Assembly: GCA_000934665.2 (NCBI GenBank)
Contig: KZ539461.1
Coordinates: 1-46,697 of the forward strand
Direction: 5' to 3'
DNA: 46,697 bases
DNA from: Catajapyx aquilonaris
Taxonomy: Eukaryota
Shown here piece by piece: positions 11,377 to 23,465 of the stretch. Both the position numbers and the translations under genes were made by a program. The notes under the pieces are model-generated. The model ran no database searches. It saw nothing but the letters and a program-made list of their open reading frames with translations, and was not told where the DNA came from. Every line of letters starts with the position of its first letter. The first letter of the stretch is position 1.

Positions 11377-11581
11377 TAAGGCAGATCCCCCCCATCTTAT
11401 CTGAATGCCTCCCACTCTGGACAACCCACCATGAAAACGAAGATATGGAGTTGTCATGCCTTGCGTATGAACATTCTGAGGTAGCTTGTGTTAAGTGCAT
11501 GGCATACAACTCCATATCTTTGTTTTTATGGTTGGTTGTCCAGAGTGGGTGACTTTTAGACAGTGGGTGGGATCTGCCTTA
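11377..11581. mobile_element. Palindromic MITE (unclassified)
   Basis: TAAGGCAGATCCC...CCCACTCTGGACAACC...GATATGGAGTTGT mirrored by ACAACTCCATATC...GGTTGTCCAGAGTGGG...GGGATCTGCCTTA. Confidence 0.75.
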
Positions 11582-11706
11582 CGCCTGCAGGACAGCTATG
11601 CGCAAGGTGGTCCAAGAAGAACCAATGCTTACAGAAATTCTGCTTATTTCTTTTTCCAGCAACTGTAAAATATTAGGTTACTTGTAGCATTACTGAATAA
11701 CTACTT

Positions 11707-12044
11707 TTTTTTTTTTTTTTAGTTGTACCTTGTTATCTGGCCGATAGGTCATTTCTAGGGGGGTGGATTACCACCATTTGGGGTTTGGAGTGATGTACAT
11801 GGATATACTTAATTACTCCAAGGGTAATTAGGAGGGGATGTGCAAAGTGCAAGTGCGCTGTCGTTAATTGGTCATTTTGTGAACTCCCCCGGGTGGCTTA
11901 GTCTATCGGAAATTGCCACCCGAAACGAAGCCAGAGATGGCCCAACTCTGCACGAAAGAAGGTGGGAACCCCGGGTGGGGATTGAACCCGGGACCTTAAC
12001 TTCCGTGAGCGCACGCGTTACCGCGGCGCCACTCTGTCTCCCTC
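11707..12044 (-). mobile_element. tRNA-derived SINE, family 1, tail type C with poly(A)
   Basis: Family 1 head and body (B-box rc GGATTGAACC) but a different 3' segment and a poly(A) tail (T run ~11705-11720). 15-bp TSD ACTGAATAACTACTT at 11692-11706 and 12045-12059. Confidence 0.85.
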
Positions 12045-12430
12045 ACTGAATAACTACTTACCCTCCCTTGTGTGGGGGAAAAAAATAGCAATAGTGTAAA
12101 GCTATTTACTTTGATCCTGTACATCAGCCATGTACCAATATTATACCACTCTCTGCTTGGGTTGCACATTTCTGATGTAAATGAATGCTTGGCTATTGAA
12201 TGGAGGCCCATGGATGTTTTTAGCAGCCAAAATTTGAGGTTGGAAAACCAAGGCTTGGAATCCTATTATAGTGAGAGTTGGACAATATCACTGACTACAC
12301 TTACCAATGGTGTCAAAAAAAATTCTACAAGGTCCAACGTCTCACAAGTAAAGAGTCTCTAAGCAGGGGTTTTGTGTGCTAAAAAGCCTCAGTTATGACC
12401 CCGTTTCATAGCCAAACACCAATTTATATA

Positions 12431-12960
12431 CAGTAAAACTTCTGTGAGTCGAATCTCCATGGGACCGGAAAAAATCTTCTAATTAAAGAAGTTTTGAATG
12501 TTATAAGCACATACGTAACTCTATAAGCAAGCCTACCTTTATATCCAGCGATGAAAGGTGTTCAAAACTTAAAAATAACTCACTATCACACTACAATGTT
12601 CCTCGTAGTTTTGTTATGTACATTTGCCTACTCTTAATTTAGATCGGCTCTCCCTCTTAATAAAGGATTCAATGGCTTTCATGAATTTAATGGAGTGAGT
12701 CATTACTGGTAGACGGAGATCAGGAAAGAGCCTTTCTGTACAATCATGTGGCCTACTCTCGACCCTTCGGCTGGGAAATGAGAAATTCTTCCGTACTTCC
12801 CAACATGAACTTCAACTTAGGGAGACTGGAAATGCATAAATATCCCATCGTAAAGCCCTGCCTGCACTTCGAGTTAGGGAAGTTTATTTCCTTTTATTTT
12901 ACGTTGTGACTTCATAATTTTCTTCGACTTAGGGAAGTTCGACTTAGAGAAGTTTTACTT
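12431..12960. mobile_element. pogo/Tigger-like non-autonomous element
   Basis: TA|CAGTAAAACTTCTGTGAGTCGAA ... TTCGACTTAGAGAAGTTTTACT, with repeated subterminal TTCGACTTAG motifs. Confidence 0.75.
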
Positions 12961-12976
12961 ACTTTGGTAAGGTGTA

Positions 12977-13138
12977 CAGTATTGGTCATATATCGAGGCA
13001 ACTGCCAGCGACATTTTCCCGAAGCGGCAGAAGAAGGAATCTTGCTCTCCCGGCTTGCAGCATCCTTATCTTTGATTCCTTCTTCTGCCGCTTCGGGAAA
13101 ATGTCGCTGGCAGTTGCCTCGATATATGACCAATACTG
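12977..13138. mobile_element. Young hairpin MITE (TA TSD)
   Basis: About 65-bp perfect inverted arms CAGTATTGGTCATATATCGAGG...GAAGGAATC / GATTCCTTC...CCAATACTG, flanked by TA. Confidence 0.85.
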
Positions 13139-13293
13139 TACCCCAAGCCATTGTTGTGATGCAATTATGGCACATGCCTGACATACTGACATGAGATCTA
13201 AGTAAATTCCCTTCGACATTTCTATTTTTGTCCCAAAGGAGGGTAAGTAGTTATTTTGTAATGATAGAAGTAACCTGATACTTCATGGTTACT

Positions 13294-13658
13294 AGGGAAG
13301 CGAAGTGGCGCTGCGGTAACGCACGCGCCCACGGATGTTAGGGTCCCGGGTTCGATCCCAGCCCGGGGACACCCCCTTCATCTCGTGCAGAGTTTGGGCC
13401 ATCTCTGGCTTCGTCTCGGGTGGGATTCCTTAGACTAACCACCCGGGGGAGTTCACAAAATGACCTCACCTACGACATTGCACTGCACTTTGCACATCCC
13501 CTCCTACTCATCCCCTCTTCGCTCGCGGTACCCGGGCGTTACGGCAAAGGTCCAAATGTATTTAAGCTTGTACAACTTAAGCAAGAATAAAGGTACAGTG
13601 CCAGATGCCCCCTGTGGGCGGTGCACTAAACCCAATTATTAATTATATTATATCATTA
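13294..13658 (+). mobile_element. tRNA-derived SINE, family 1, tail type B, full length
   Basis: A-box-like TGGCGCTGCGG, B-box GGTTCGATCC, AT-rich tail. 16-bp TSD ATACTTCATGGTTACT at 13278-13293 and 13659-13674. Confidence 0.92.
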
Positions 13659-13854
13659 ATACTTCATGGTTACTGTAAATCAGCTAAATAAGCAGTGTAA
13701 CCAATGGTCCTTCCTTGTTTGACCACTCTGTATATTGTGAATTTAGCACTCTGAATAGATTGAAGGTTTTCCTGGTCTCTGTAACCATGCATTATAATTA
13801 GTAGTAAAGTAGAGCGTACAAAATAAGCTGACACTCTTTTTTCTGACAATTTAG

Positions 13855-14029
13855 GGAGAAGTTGTGCTGTGGTACCATATTCAAGGGCCCAGGAGGGATT
13901 GTGGTGATTGATCATCGTTTTATGAGCCCCTGTAACTTCTGCAAAACCCCACTTCTCTGCCGGGAACTCCAGAAAGGGAAATTGCACCAAGCCTCTTTGA
14001 ATGCTCCTGGTGATGTTGTCTCTGCAGCG
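13855..14029 (+). CDS. SINHCAF: SINHCAF coding exon 3
   Basis: Acceptor TTTAG|G. Encodes (R)EKLCCGTIFKGPGGIVVIDHRFMSPC (human RQKICCGIIYKGRFGEVLIDTHLFKPC). Donor GCG|GTGAGT, phase 0. Confidence 0.9.
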
Positions 14030-14127
14030 GTGAGTGTAGCTGAATTGCAAGGAAGAAGTGTTACTTCCACCTTGTGTGGCTGGCTAGGGGTAGGAGCACA
14101 TTACATTTTGGCACCTGCAGTTTTTAG

Positions 14128-14459
14128 CAGCGTTCGAAACTGAGACATGTAAGCAGGTCGCCAAGTGGCATCTGAAACCAAGGTGTGGTAGCCAAAACTG
14201 AATGTCTAGTTGTCGTTATTGTTTTAAACATTGTCACATTTTAAATCTTAATTGTTAATTGGGCACCAACACCACAGGAACACCACATTTTGAAAATATG
14301 TGACCAGAATCTGAGAAATAATTTTATTATTGAGGAGAAATGCAATTTTGGGAGGAAAAAACTAGTCGCCAATATTGGCAACTAGATATCTTACTTCGAT
14401 CGCCAATTGATAATTTTAAGTTGTGAAATGCGACTGGCGACTGCTAATTTCGATCCGTG
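14128..14459. mobile_element. hAT MITE
   Basis: Termini CAGCGTTCGAAA / TTTCGATCCGTG. 8-bp TSD GTTTTTAG at 14120-14127 and 14460-14467. Confidence 0.8.
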
Positions 14460-14741
14460 GTTTTTAGCTCATGGAGAGGCAGGAGAGTGGACAGTGTGTG
14501 GAGGGTGACAGTACTTAATTAACATTGGCATTCTGTGTGTTCCAATTAAAGTGTGTTTCAGTTATTGATATCTTGTCCTAAACTGCTTTTAATGACAAAG
14601 TTAATTTTAAGGGCTGTCTAATATTAGGTCAGACCTGGTTGTCCCATGGCATCCAAAGTCAGGGAATGAACCTATTTTATTGCAGCTATGCCTACAAAAT
14701 GGTTTAAAAGCATACATCCATTCAACCTTATAGCAATTAGC

Positions 14742-15005
14742 TTAGGGCGACATGGTGGCATAGTGGTTAGCACCACAGCCTTCCACCGCTGAGGTCCCGA
14801 GTTCGATCCCCAGATTGGACAGAGGCTACTTATGTGGATAGAGTTTCGATGGGTTCTCTCCGTGTTAGCGTCGGTTTTCTCTGGGTTCTTCCATTTCCTC
14901 CCACGATCAAAATCCATCACAGCGCAGGCAATGATTAAAGACAATACACAAAAAGATGATCCCCTAAGAACCTAAGCAGGCCTATCATGGAGTATCCATT
15001 ATTAT
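14742..15005 (+). mobile_element. tRNA-derived SINE, family 2 (V-domain-like core); tail interrupted, resumes ~16408-16458
   Basis: A-box TGGCATAGTGG, B-box GTTCGATCC (14801). Core GGTTTTCTCTGGGTTCTTCCATTTCCTCCCAC resembles V-SINE central domains. 12-bp TSD ATAGCAATTAGC at 14730-14741 and 16459-16470. Confidence 0.8.
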
Positions 15006-15007
15006 TA

Positions 15008-15567
15008 CCGTATTACCTCTCATATTGCAGCACGCTGGTATAAAACGAGGTCGACCAGCATGCCGGTATAACCCAGGGGTGGCCGGCATGCGGCAATAAC
15101 CGAGGTAGATTTCCGTAATTTTGATCCTTGCCAAATTTTTTGGAATGCTTCTGGTACCATACTAAAATAATGTTACAATGAAAATGGGCGAGTGTACAGG
15201 CTGTGAGAATATGTCAGTTCTGTTGCGCAGTACATTAAAAAAATGTAGAGTGTATGACCAATCCCATCGTCAGCCTGCTTTGACAGGGGAACCCCCTGCT
15301 CTAACATACTGTTTAAATAGAGATTATTGCCAAACACTGCGATTGAAAACTATATGGTACGGGTGCCCTATTTGGAAAATGTGCCTTTTCGATAGCCTTT
15401 ACGTGAATTTCGATTTTCAGGCAAATGTCAAGTTCAGAAAGGATAATGTAACGTATGTGAAAACCTCGCCATATACCGGCATGCCGGTATAGCAACCATA
15501 TCATGCATTTCGAAAAACTGGTCGACCTCGCCTACGTCAGCATGCCGCAATATGAGAAGTAATAAGG
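15008..15567. mobile_element. pogo/Tigger-like MITE
   Basis: TA|CCGTATTACCTCTCATATTGC ... GCAATATGAGAAGTAATAAGG|TA. Confidence 0.8.
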
Positions 15568-15570
15568 TAA

Positions 15571-16403
15571 CCTTAATTAGACGGGTGGTTTTTCGTGTTT
15601 TTGCAAGGATATATGCATAAAATTCGCTTGCTTTGTCACTTGAGGGACGAGACTTAATACACTAGTGAATAAGTTCGTATAGTGTCCAGGCTTGATCCTG
15701 AGGCCATCTTGTGACCCTCCTGTCATATTGTACAGAGATGTAAATTCTTAAAAGCGCAACAGGTGGTGCAAGCGGTATGTTTCAAGCCTACTCCAATTTT
15801 TTTGTCGCTCTCCTCTATGATGAGAAGTATATGGGTCTGCGGCCTTGGCTCGATGAACAGACCAATCCATAAGCACAGGGCATGAATTACGTCACAGGAC
15901 CTGAATGCGAGCTACAGAGATCCAGAGTGGAAACCTACCTCGCTCCACAGATGTTCAAAAGCCCGGCAGGGCATGCGTCCCTCCATCTTGGCAAAGGCCG
16001 GGTGGGAGTTCCGCAGAGGCCCGCCAGCCGCTAATTGGCATTTACGAACATTATTTATTTATTTTAAAACTATTTAATTACCTTTTGCACTACTTTTTTT
16101 AAGGGTGGAATCTCTTGAGGAGGTTTGGGGTCAACTATGTATGCCAAAATTTGCCGGCCAAGGTCAGAATGGGGGGGGGGGGTGAGTGTTTTTTTGAGGG
16201 ACTGCAAAAAGATGATTTAATTCAAGTTAATCTGGTTTATTTATGCAAGATTTTGTAGTCCAAAATTCGCAATTTTTTTAAGCAAGAGGAAATTTAAAAA
16301 GCCACACAGAAACCACGTTACATAGTGGGAAAATACTATAGTTTCGCCAGCAGAATTTTTTAAAGCCAGCGTATCAGCATATGTAACGCCTGTCTTATTA
16401 GGG
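15571..16403. mobile_element. piggyBac-like non-autonomous element
   Basis: CCTTAATTAGACGGGTG / CGCCTGTCTTATTAGGG|TTAA. The left TTAA can be reconstructed by removing the 15008-15567 element. Confidence 0.7.
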
Positions 16404-16799
16404 TTAATATTTTATTTATTTATTTATTACCCTGACTCTGACTGATCATTTATTATTAATAGCAATTAGCAGCAGATGTTTTTGAAAGTACTTAATGTAA
16501 CTTTGTAATAAGGAGCTTAGTGTCTGAATATCCCTAACTGAAACAGACATCTCTCATAAAAACACATCACGCTGATAATAATCATATATCTGCTTTTGTT
16601 ACTTTGTTCAAGCATTGTAACATTTATGTCTTCACATGAAAAGGTGTGGTGAGAATCTGGCTTTAATTTTTCACTGAAGAGTAATAACCATACCTCTTGT
16701 GTATCAACTGATATTCAGATGTGAAGTATTCTCAAAAGACCCTTTATGAAAATATTAAATGAATTATCCAATGACATTAAACCTTTTGGAAATTTTCAG

Positions 16800-17015
16800 T
16801 ACACGTTGGCTGCAACAGCATCTATACCCCTGGTGAAGTCATCTTCCTCACCTGCTCCAAGTGAAGCCTCTTCGGACTCAGGATATGACGAGTCATCCAA
16901 CTCCGGCCTGGACATATTTGCTCAAAGCCAGACGTCCATTCACAACAAGGCAATTCTTCCTCCTGACCGCACAACAAGTGGGGCCAATGAAATTAGCCCC
17001 AAGGCAGATGATTAA
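16800..17015 (+). CDS. SINHCAF: SINHCAF terminal coding exon (Ser-rich C-terminus)
   Basis: Acceptor TTTTCAG|TAC in phase 0. YTLAATAS...SSDSGYDESS...KADD*. Spliced CDS totals 1002 nt (333 aa). Followed by AT-rich UTR-like sequence with AATAAA at 18483. Confidence 0.75.
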   Translation, partial: YTLAATASIPLVKSSSSPAPSEASSDSGYDESSNSGLDIFAQSQTSIHNKAILPPDRTTSGANEISPKADD

Positions 17016-19492
17016 CGAAAGCCCTTAGCTTTAGGGGCCAAAGAAGAAAAAAAGAATTAAGGTTTGATTGAAGGAATTTTTATATACATGGAGGGTAATC
17101 CCAAATCCTCATTATTTATGTTACTTTATGACGATCAGTGGTTTGACTCATTTTATATACCTAATTTTTTACCTAGTTATTTTAGGATTAGTTTATGAGA
17201 AGCTCTTTTTAAGTTGTGTATTTTGTGGACGGGGTGAGACAGGTTTCAAAAGTGGGAATGTTAATTTTTATTTGCATTTTTAGGGTTGTGACATACCCAA
17301 TTTTTGACAGAGGAATCTCTTATGATCTGTGATCACCAGATGTAAAAAGAACATTCTGCTAAAATCTGTTTCTCTTCCGACAATCACTTTAATTAAGCAG
17401 AGAGCACAAAAAGGAAACACTGCCTTGTCAGCTTTCTCAAGGGGCCAAATAATTGCTTTGGAGTCTTCCTTTCGTTAGAACTTCACGGGTTTTTATTTAT
17501 TTATTTGTGTCTAAAAGTATGACTGTTGTGACAGCAATAAGATGATTGTGATTTTTTTTAGAGCTCTTTGCATCTGTACATTTATTTATTGTTGTTACAA
17601 GACTTCTAGGCAGTGTGGATTTGCAGTATTATCTGAGATGAGAGAAGGGGTAGAAGAAGAAATCAGTGATTTTGTAGCACAAAGCCATGTAGATACGAGT
17701 TGAGATCTGCTGCAAACACAAGAAGCATATTGACATGTCGAGTGTTTAGTACAAATAAGGCAGATATGAGAAAATGAAATGCATACGCGAGGATGAAAAA
17801 AAAGTAACAAGAGGATTATGGTTGTGAAGTTCGCTTTACCTGTTGGATGACATGAAGATCTGTGATTTTGCATATTTCTCAACCATTTTCTTTTTCTAGT
17901 TGGAAGTTTTTACTTCAAAATGTGAAGTAAAAATATAACAGATAATGTTTTTGGTGGCTGAAACTGAGTAGGCATGGGCAAAAGAAAAGCAAGTGATATT
18001 CTGTGCGTATTTCTAGTACAACAATGTTAACTGGCCCTTGAAGCATAATCAGGGCATTAAAATTATATGTAACATTTGTGCTTGCATTTGAATGAGATGT
18101 GGCAAAGAATACTGAAATTTTATATCAGGAGGACAGGCGTTTATGTGTTGATTCACAGTGATCTAAAGATGCCAATGCTAGATGCAGTCAACAATTTCTT
18201 TATTTAACTTATTTAATACCCTGTTACAAGGCCATGGCCTTTTTGGGTGGTGCAGTCAACAATTCTTAGCATGGTGTTTTTGTGCTTGGGTTTTGTGATG
18301 CTATAATGATTTTATTGAGTTGCATCACAAGTAGCTCTGGTGATGGGTCTGTTAAGATATATCTGGATAACACGCTGTAGCTGACTTGCTATGGCACTGC
18401 AGGCAATTGGAATACCTGCATTTGGGGCTTGGGTTTCTCTCGATGGCATCCTTCAGCAATAATTTTGAATGTGATATATCTTAATAAACAATTGTTACAA
18501 CTATCCATACAACTCCATAAAATCATTAGTGTCAAACATATGAGCACAAATATATCGCACCAGTAATATATTGTTAAGTACTACAATTTTTTCATAATTT
18601 AGCTCACATCCAGGTAGGCAGAAATGTTGCATAGGCCTACCAGTCCTTTGCAGCCCTGATGTCGAGAGGAAAGATGTGAGAGAGGGGAGATGCGTAAGGG
18701 CCACCTTCAGTTCTGACTGGCTAAAATTTGGAGGGCACTGTAGTGCCAACATGACACAGAAGAGTCTGTAACATTTCAACTGATATGGGTGTGAGCTTAA
18801 TTCTGGAAATGATAGTACACGCAGCCCCGTACATATATCTGAACTGACAAAACATGCCCATCATGTGCACCAAATCTGCAGAATTCATTGAACAAACTGG
18901 TAACGTAAAATGCCATCAATTATGAGAAAAAGCATTAAATTGCGTCATGTGGCAATTTGAATCTGACTGCCTAGACTCATTCCCTGACCCAGTTTACATG
19001 TGTATAAGGTTTGCGGGATACCAAAACCACAATACTTTTCACCCTGCCCCAGTCCTGGCTGCTGACGATTTTAGTTTTTGCATGGCCTTGCTACTGACAG
19101 CCTACTGTAGGCAGAAAAGTGTAGCCCCATATACATGATCATTAATGGAGTCAAGAAGTGACAGTAGTGCAATAGGCTCCACTTAATATATTGTATTATG
19201 GCATACTCCAATCATTTGCATAGCATTGCCAAATTCCAATGCAAACCCCATTTGGACTTCTCCAGAGAATTGACTTATCCAGATAAGCACGTATAATTTG
19301 TCAGCATATTAATGATGTAGTTAGGCAAATTCTCTGTCAAAACTTTTTAGCGCTACTTCCTCACATATCTGCACCACACTCCAGGTCACAGTCTATAGTC
19401 TGCCTGGGAAAGGACTGCGTGGCTTTGCCTCCTGCCAACGTCCCTCTTCATTCCACTTTTATCATTTTTGCTGCATTTGATTACATAAAATA

Positions 19493-20046
19493 TGAGAGCT
19501 GTTCTAAAATGATTTACAATTAATTTTTTTGCCACAAATACAGTGCCCATACAGATCGGCAGATAGGAATACATAATTGATAGAATCCTCCTGAAGCCAA
19601 ATTCATTGGTGCCATGGGTGTGGGAACCTCTCCAGACCCTCCCGGAACCACGTTTTGGCAGTGCGGCGCACCCACTCCCAGACAACAGATGCAGTCAATA
19701 ATGTCCTCGACATGGTGTCGGTGAAGGGGTTTCTTCATGTCTCTGAACAGATGAAAGTCGCAGGGGTTAGGTCGGAGGAGGACGATGGGTGTGGAAGCAC
19801 ACAAACCCGGATCCACGAATAAATCCCTTTGCCGACTCCATTGTTGACAGTTGTTGACTGCAAGCAGTTGTCCTGTAGTGGGTGCGTTGCACCTCCAAAA
19901 AGTGGTTCCTGGAGGGCCTGTGGTGGTAGTGCATTCAGCTCCAGGATGATTCTATCTATAATGTCACTATCCAATGACCTGTATGGGCACTGTATTTGTG
20001 GCAAAAAAATAAAAATAAATTGTAAATCATTTCAATACGGCCCTCG
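19493..20046 (-). mobile_element. Internally deleted mariner element with transposase C-terminal remnant
   Basis: TIR pair TGAGAGCTGTTCTAAAATGATTTACAATT / AATTGTAAATCATTTCAATACGGCCCTCG. Minus-strand frameshifted LQDN...LPHPSSSSDL / PCDFHLFRDMKKPL corresponds to the mariner HDNA and YSPDLAPSDFHLF motifs. Confidence 0.8.
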
Positions 20047-22419
20047 TTTAATGTATGCGACTATTTGTCACAACACATTAGGATTTTCCAGCATTATTTT
20101 ATCCATTTAATTTTGTGAGTAAATAGTAAAATAGCTTCTGAAAGCACCCAGCCATGTCTGCACTTCTTCCCCCAGACGAACAGAGTAACCTACACAGCAC
20201 ACCATGCCACATTTGAACTTATTTAAATGTTGCACTGTATTTTATTTAAGGTAATGCTTTTTAAAATTTACACTGGGAAGTTTCTTAAATCGATTATTAT
20301 TTCATGTGTGTAAGACGTGCACTCTGTTTACCCTGGGAAGAAATGTACAGATGTCAGATAGATGTCTTTCTCTCTTTTTAAAATGAGGGTATTGCATATT
20401 TTGGGTTCAATTGTGACTGGTAACTCGACTTCAAAAACCCATGCAGTCTTTTCCTGGGCAGACTCGAGTGATCTCTTATGTTGAAAAATGAAGCCTGAAG
20501 ACTAATTTTTAATGAAGGCTGGAACACCCACACAATGCATGCACCTCCTCTCAGTAAAGGTGCTTTTGCTGTGGAATAGGTTTGCAATATGCTATGTTTA
20601 GGAAATGCTGACCAGGAACTGGGTGCTATTTGAGCATCAATTCAGTGATTCATTATGCTGATTGATGATGCAAACATATCCATTTTGATGGGCCTTGTAG
20701 GTATCTATTCTTATTGCCTTGTCATCTCCAGATATCCAAAGAAAAACTTGAAGCTAAGAATGTGACAAAATTTCATATATCTAGCCCATTTTGTTCAAAT
20801 GCAGGGATGAAATTATACTTTTCACTTAAATACAGTTAATAATTCCTTCCCCATACCATCCACCCTCCTTACACTCAGGTAAATCCAGGTGTTCAGAGAG
20901 TGATGTGCAAAAAAATAGCAACAATTCAGGTTAACTTTGCCATAAATTATTTCCACATAAATATTAGTAGTTATATGACATATCTCTATTAATAGTACAA
21001 GAAGAATCAAGAAAGAGGAGATAAATAACATTGACATTGATCTGTTCAGTGCTCAGATATTTTGCCAAAAAATTTACAACAATTAATGTTAATAATGATT
21101 GGGTTTAAATGTGTTAATGAAAGCACTGAGATTTAAAAACAGTAAAATCATGTCAAAAAATTACAAAAAAAAGGGAATAGAATGATCTCCAGACACTGAG
21201 TGATGATAGTTGTAACCGTGTACAGAATGTCTTATGTACGTATAGTGTACATTTTGTGTGTGGGGTCTTGTGTGTTCGTTTACAAAGGCATCCAGGAGTT
21301 TGACAAAAATATCCACGTTCTGCTCACTAAAAATTATAGATGTGAAGGGAAGGTGTGAAATGTCCCACAAGTATTCCTATGGGACTGTTTTACTGCTTTC
21401 ATTGCCATCCTAATTTTTGGTCGCTGAAGCTTGTGCAAAAGACGAGAGATTAACTTGTTATGTTAGAAGATGTGTTGCCTTGCCCGCCCAATCCATTCAA
21501 TATGTCACTGCCAAGGGGCAAAAAATTAAAAATTAAAAAATTACGGAAGCTAGTGACTTCAGTTTGAAAGACACTGGAAAACAATGACCAAGGAAACATT
21601 TTAAAAGAGTACCGAAAAAGAAGACAGTAATGGAGATTTGTCTGTGTTGCGTTCTACCCAGATTTTAAGGGAGATATGTAGTTTTTATACTACTCTTCAG
21701 TCTTCTGGGACCATTTTGTAGAGCATCATAGGCTATCAGGCCTTTAAAAAATAATGTTACTTCTAGCTGGACGCATACAGTTTACACTACCAGATGTTGG
21801 ATGCCATTTCAATGACTTTTAGATGAAAGTATGGAATGTTCAATTTGGTCAGTGCGATTAGTCAGTCTCATTGCTTTCAAAATCATCACTTTTGATTTTC
21901 ATGTAATCCAGTTTTTATTATGAGGGCAGAGGACATTTAACCTACCTACTTAAATGTTCATTATACAGATTTGCCTGAGTTCAAGGCTTCTGACAAAGTG
22001 TTACACAAAAGTCAAAAATTGGATGTAAGTTTGGTGAGTCTTTATACTCGTGACATTTAGTTAAGTGTGTGATCAGGTGTTTTTCACTTCAATCTGATGG
22101 AGGGTGCAACCAGAATGCAAATAGTGACACACTACTAAACCATTTGCTCAACTTTCTGAGCAAAAGAAGAGTGGTTCAGATTACTTATGATGAATAATTG
22201 TGTTAATTATCTACTAGTTATTTATGGCCTTTTTTTTTCAAGAAAGAAATATTTGAAGGCACCTGAATTAGAGAGACTTCCACTTGGGATTTGTTAATGT
22301 CATTTACTTGAAATATGTACATTGGTTGATTCAAAAGTTTGAAAGTATTTTTGAAGGTACTGAGAAATATTTTTGGCATGGGTCACACCAGGCCCCAGTC
22401 ACCCTCCCCCTTTTTGCAT

Positions 22420-22651
22420 GAGCTTTGCTGATCTCCCCCACCAAAGGGGGTTGGCCACGAGCGGCGGTAGAGTCATGCAGCAAGATGGTCACACCTTACC
22501 TAGCAGCCAATTCTGAACCATTTTGCATGAGGTGTTGAAGCCTCTATGTCTGGTTCAGAATTGGCTGCTAGGTAAGGCGTGACCATCTTGGTGCATGATT
22601 CTACCGCCACTCGTGGCCAACCCCCATTGGTGGGGGAGATCAGCTCAGCTC
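22420..22651. mobile_element. Palindromic MITE (~100-bp arms); fragment at ~43978-44018
   Basis: GCTGATCTCCCCCACCAA...CCAATTCTGAACCA / TGGTTCAGAATTGG...GGTGGGGGAGATCAGC. Confidence 0.8.
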
Positions 22652-23253
22652 ACGGGCGGAGCAATATATAAGGTATGTGAGTGAATGGGTCCTGGGTCAC
22701 ACACTTCAAAAAGAAGGGCAATTCTTTCTCTTTCCCCTGCTTGTCCTAGTCATTTCTATTGATAGTTCAAGAGTTCTCAGTTTTGTTGACTCCCTAATGA
22801 GAAACTATCTATTTCATCAAATTTATATTTACATACACAAGCTTCTGCCACTGCCATTTGTGGGAGAAGATTGAGGTATAAAGGGATTTAAGTCAGTAAT
22901 AGAAATTCTTAGTTCCACAGCCCAAAAGGGCTTCAACTTGAATGAATCTCCTGCTGCAATAGTCAATTCCATCATCATAGGAATGTGGTGACTGGAGAGA
23001 GATCGATGCTCTTCATTTTCTGGTCTTCTTGAAGGATGAACATGCAATATGTGGACCATGCTAAAATGCTCTTCTCCTTTAAAACAATGCATAGTTCAAT
23101 ATTTGTAAATGTTCCGGTTAAAAATATACTTGCCATGACTTTTGAATCAGCCTGCATAATATATTGCATGATGCAACACATTAATGATAGGAATTTGAAG
23201 AAGTGTTGGGGCACATGTACTTATTCATGAGGGCAAAGGCTGCTGTTGACAAA

Positions 23254-23465
23254 GGGCCTGTATCGACATAAAAGTTTCTTGGGCACGAGTCCTCTTGAGT
23301 GAGGAATCTTGTCCGTCGAGACGGACTCTATGTTGCCTCAGGGCCCCTCTGGTCCTTCAGAAAGGGGATTAAAGTTGAAAATTTTCTACTTTTTCACGTT
23401 ACTCTGACCTAGGCATGCGGAGTTGGCTCCTCTTGCATGAGAAAACTTTTATGTGGATACAGCCC
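23254..23465. mobile_element. PIF/Harbinger (Tourist-like) MITE
   Basis: GGGCCTGTATCGACATAAAAGTTT / AAACTTTTATGTGGATACAGCCC with TTA-like flank. Diverged copy at ~24904-25103. Confidence 0.7.
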
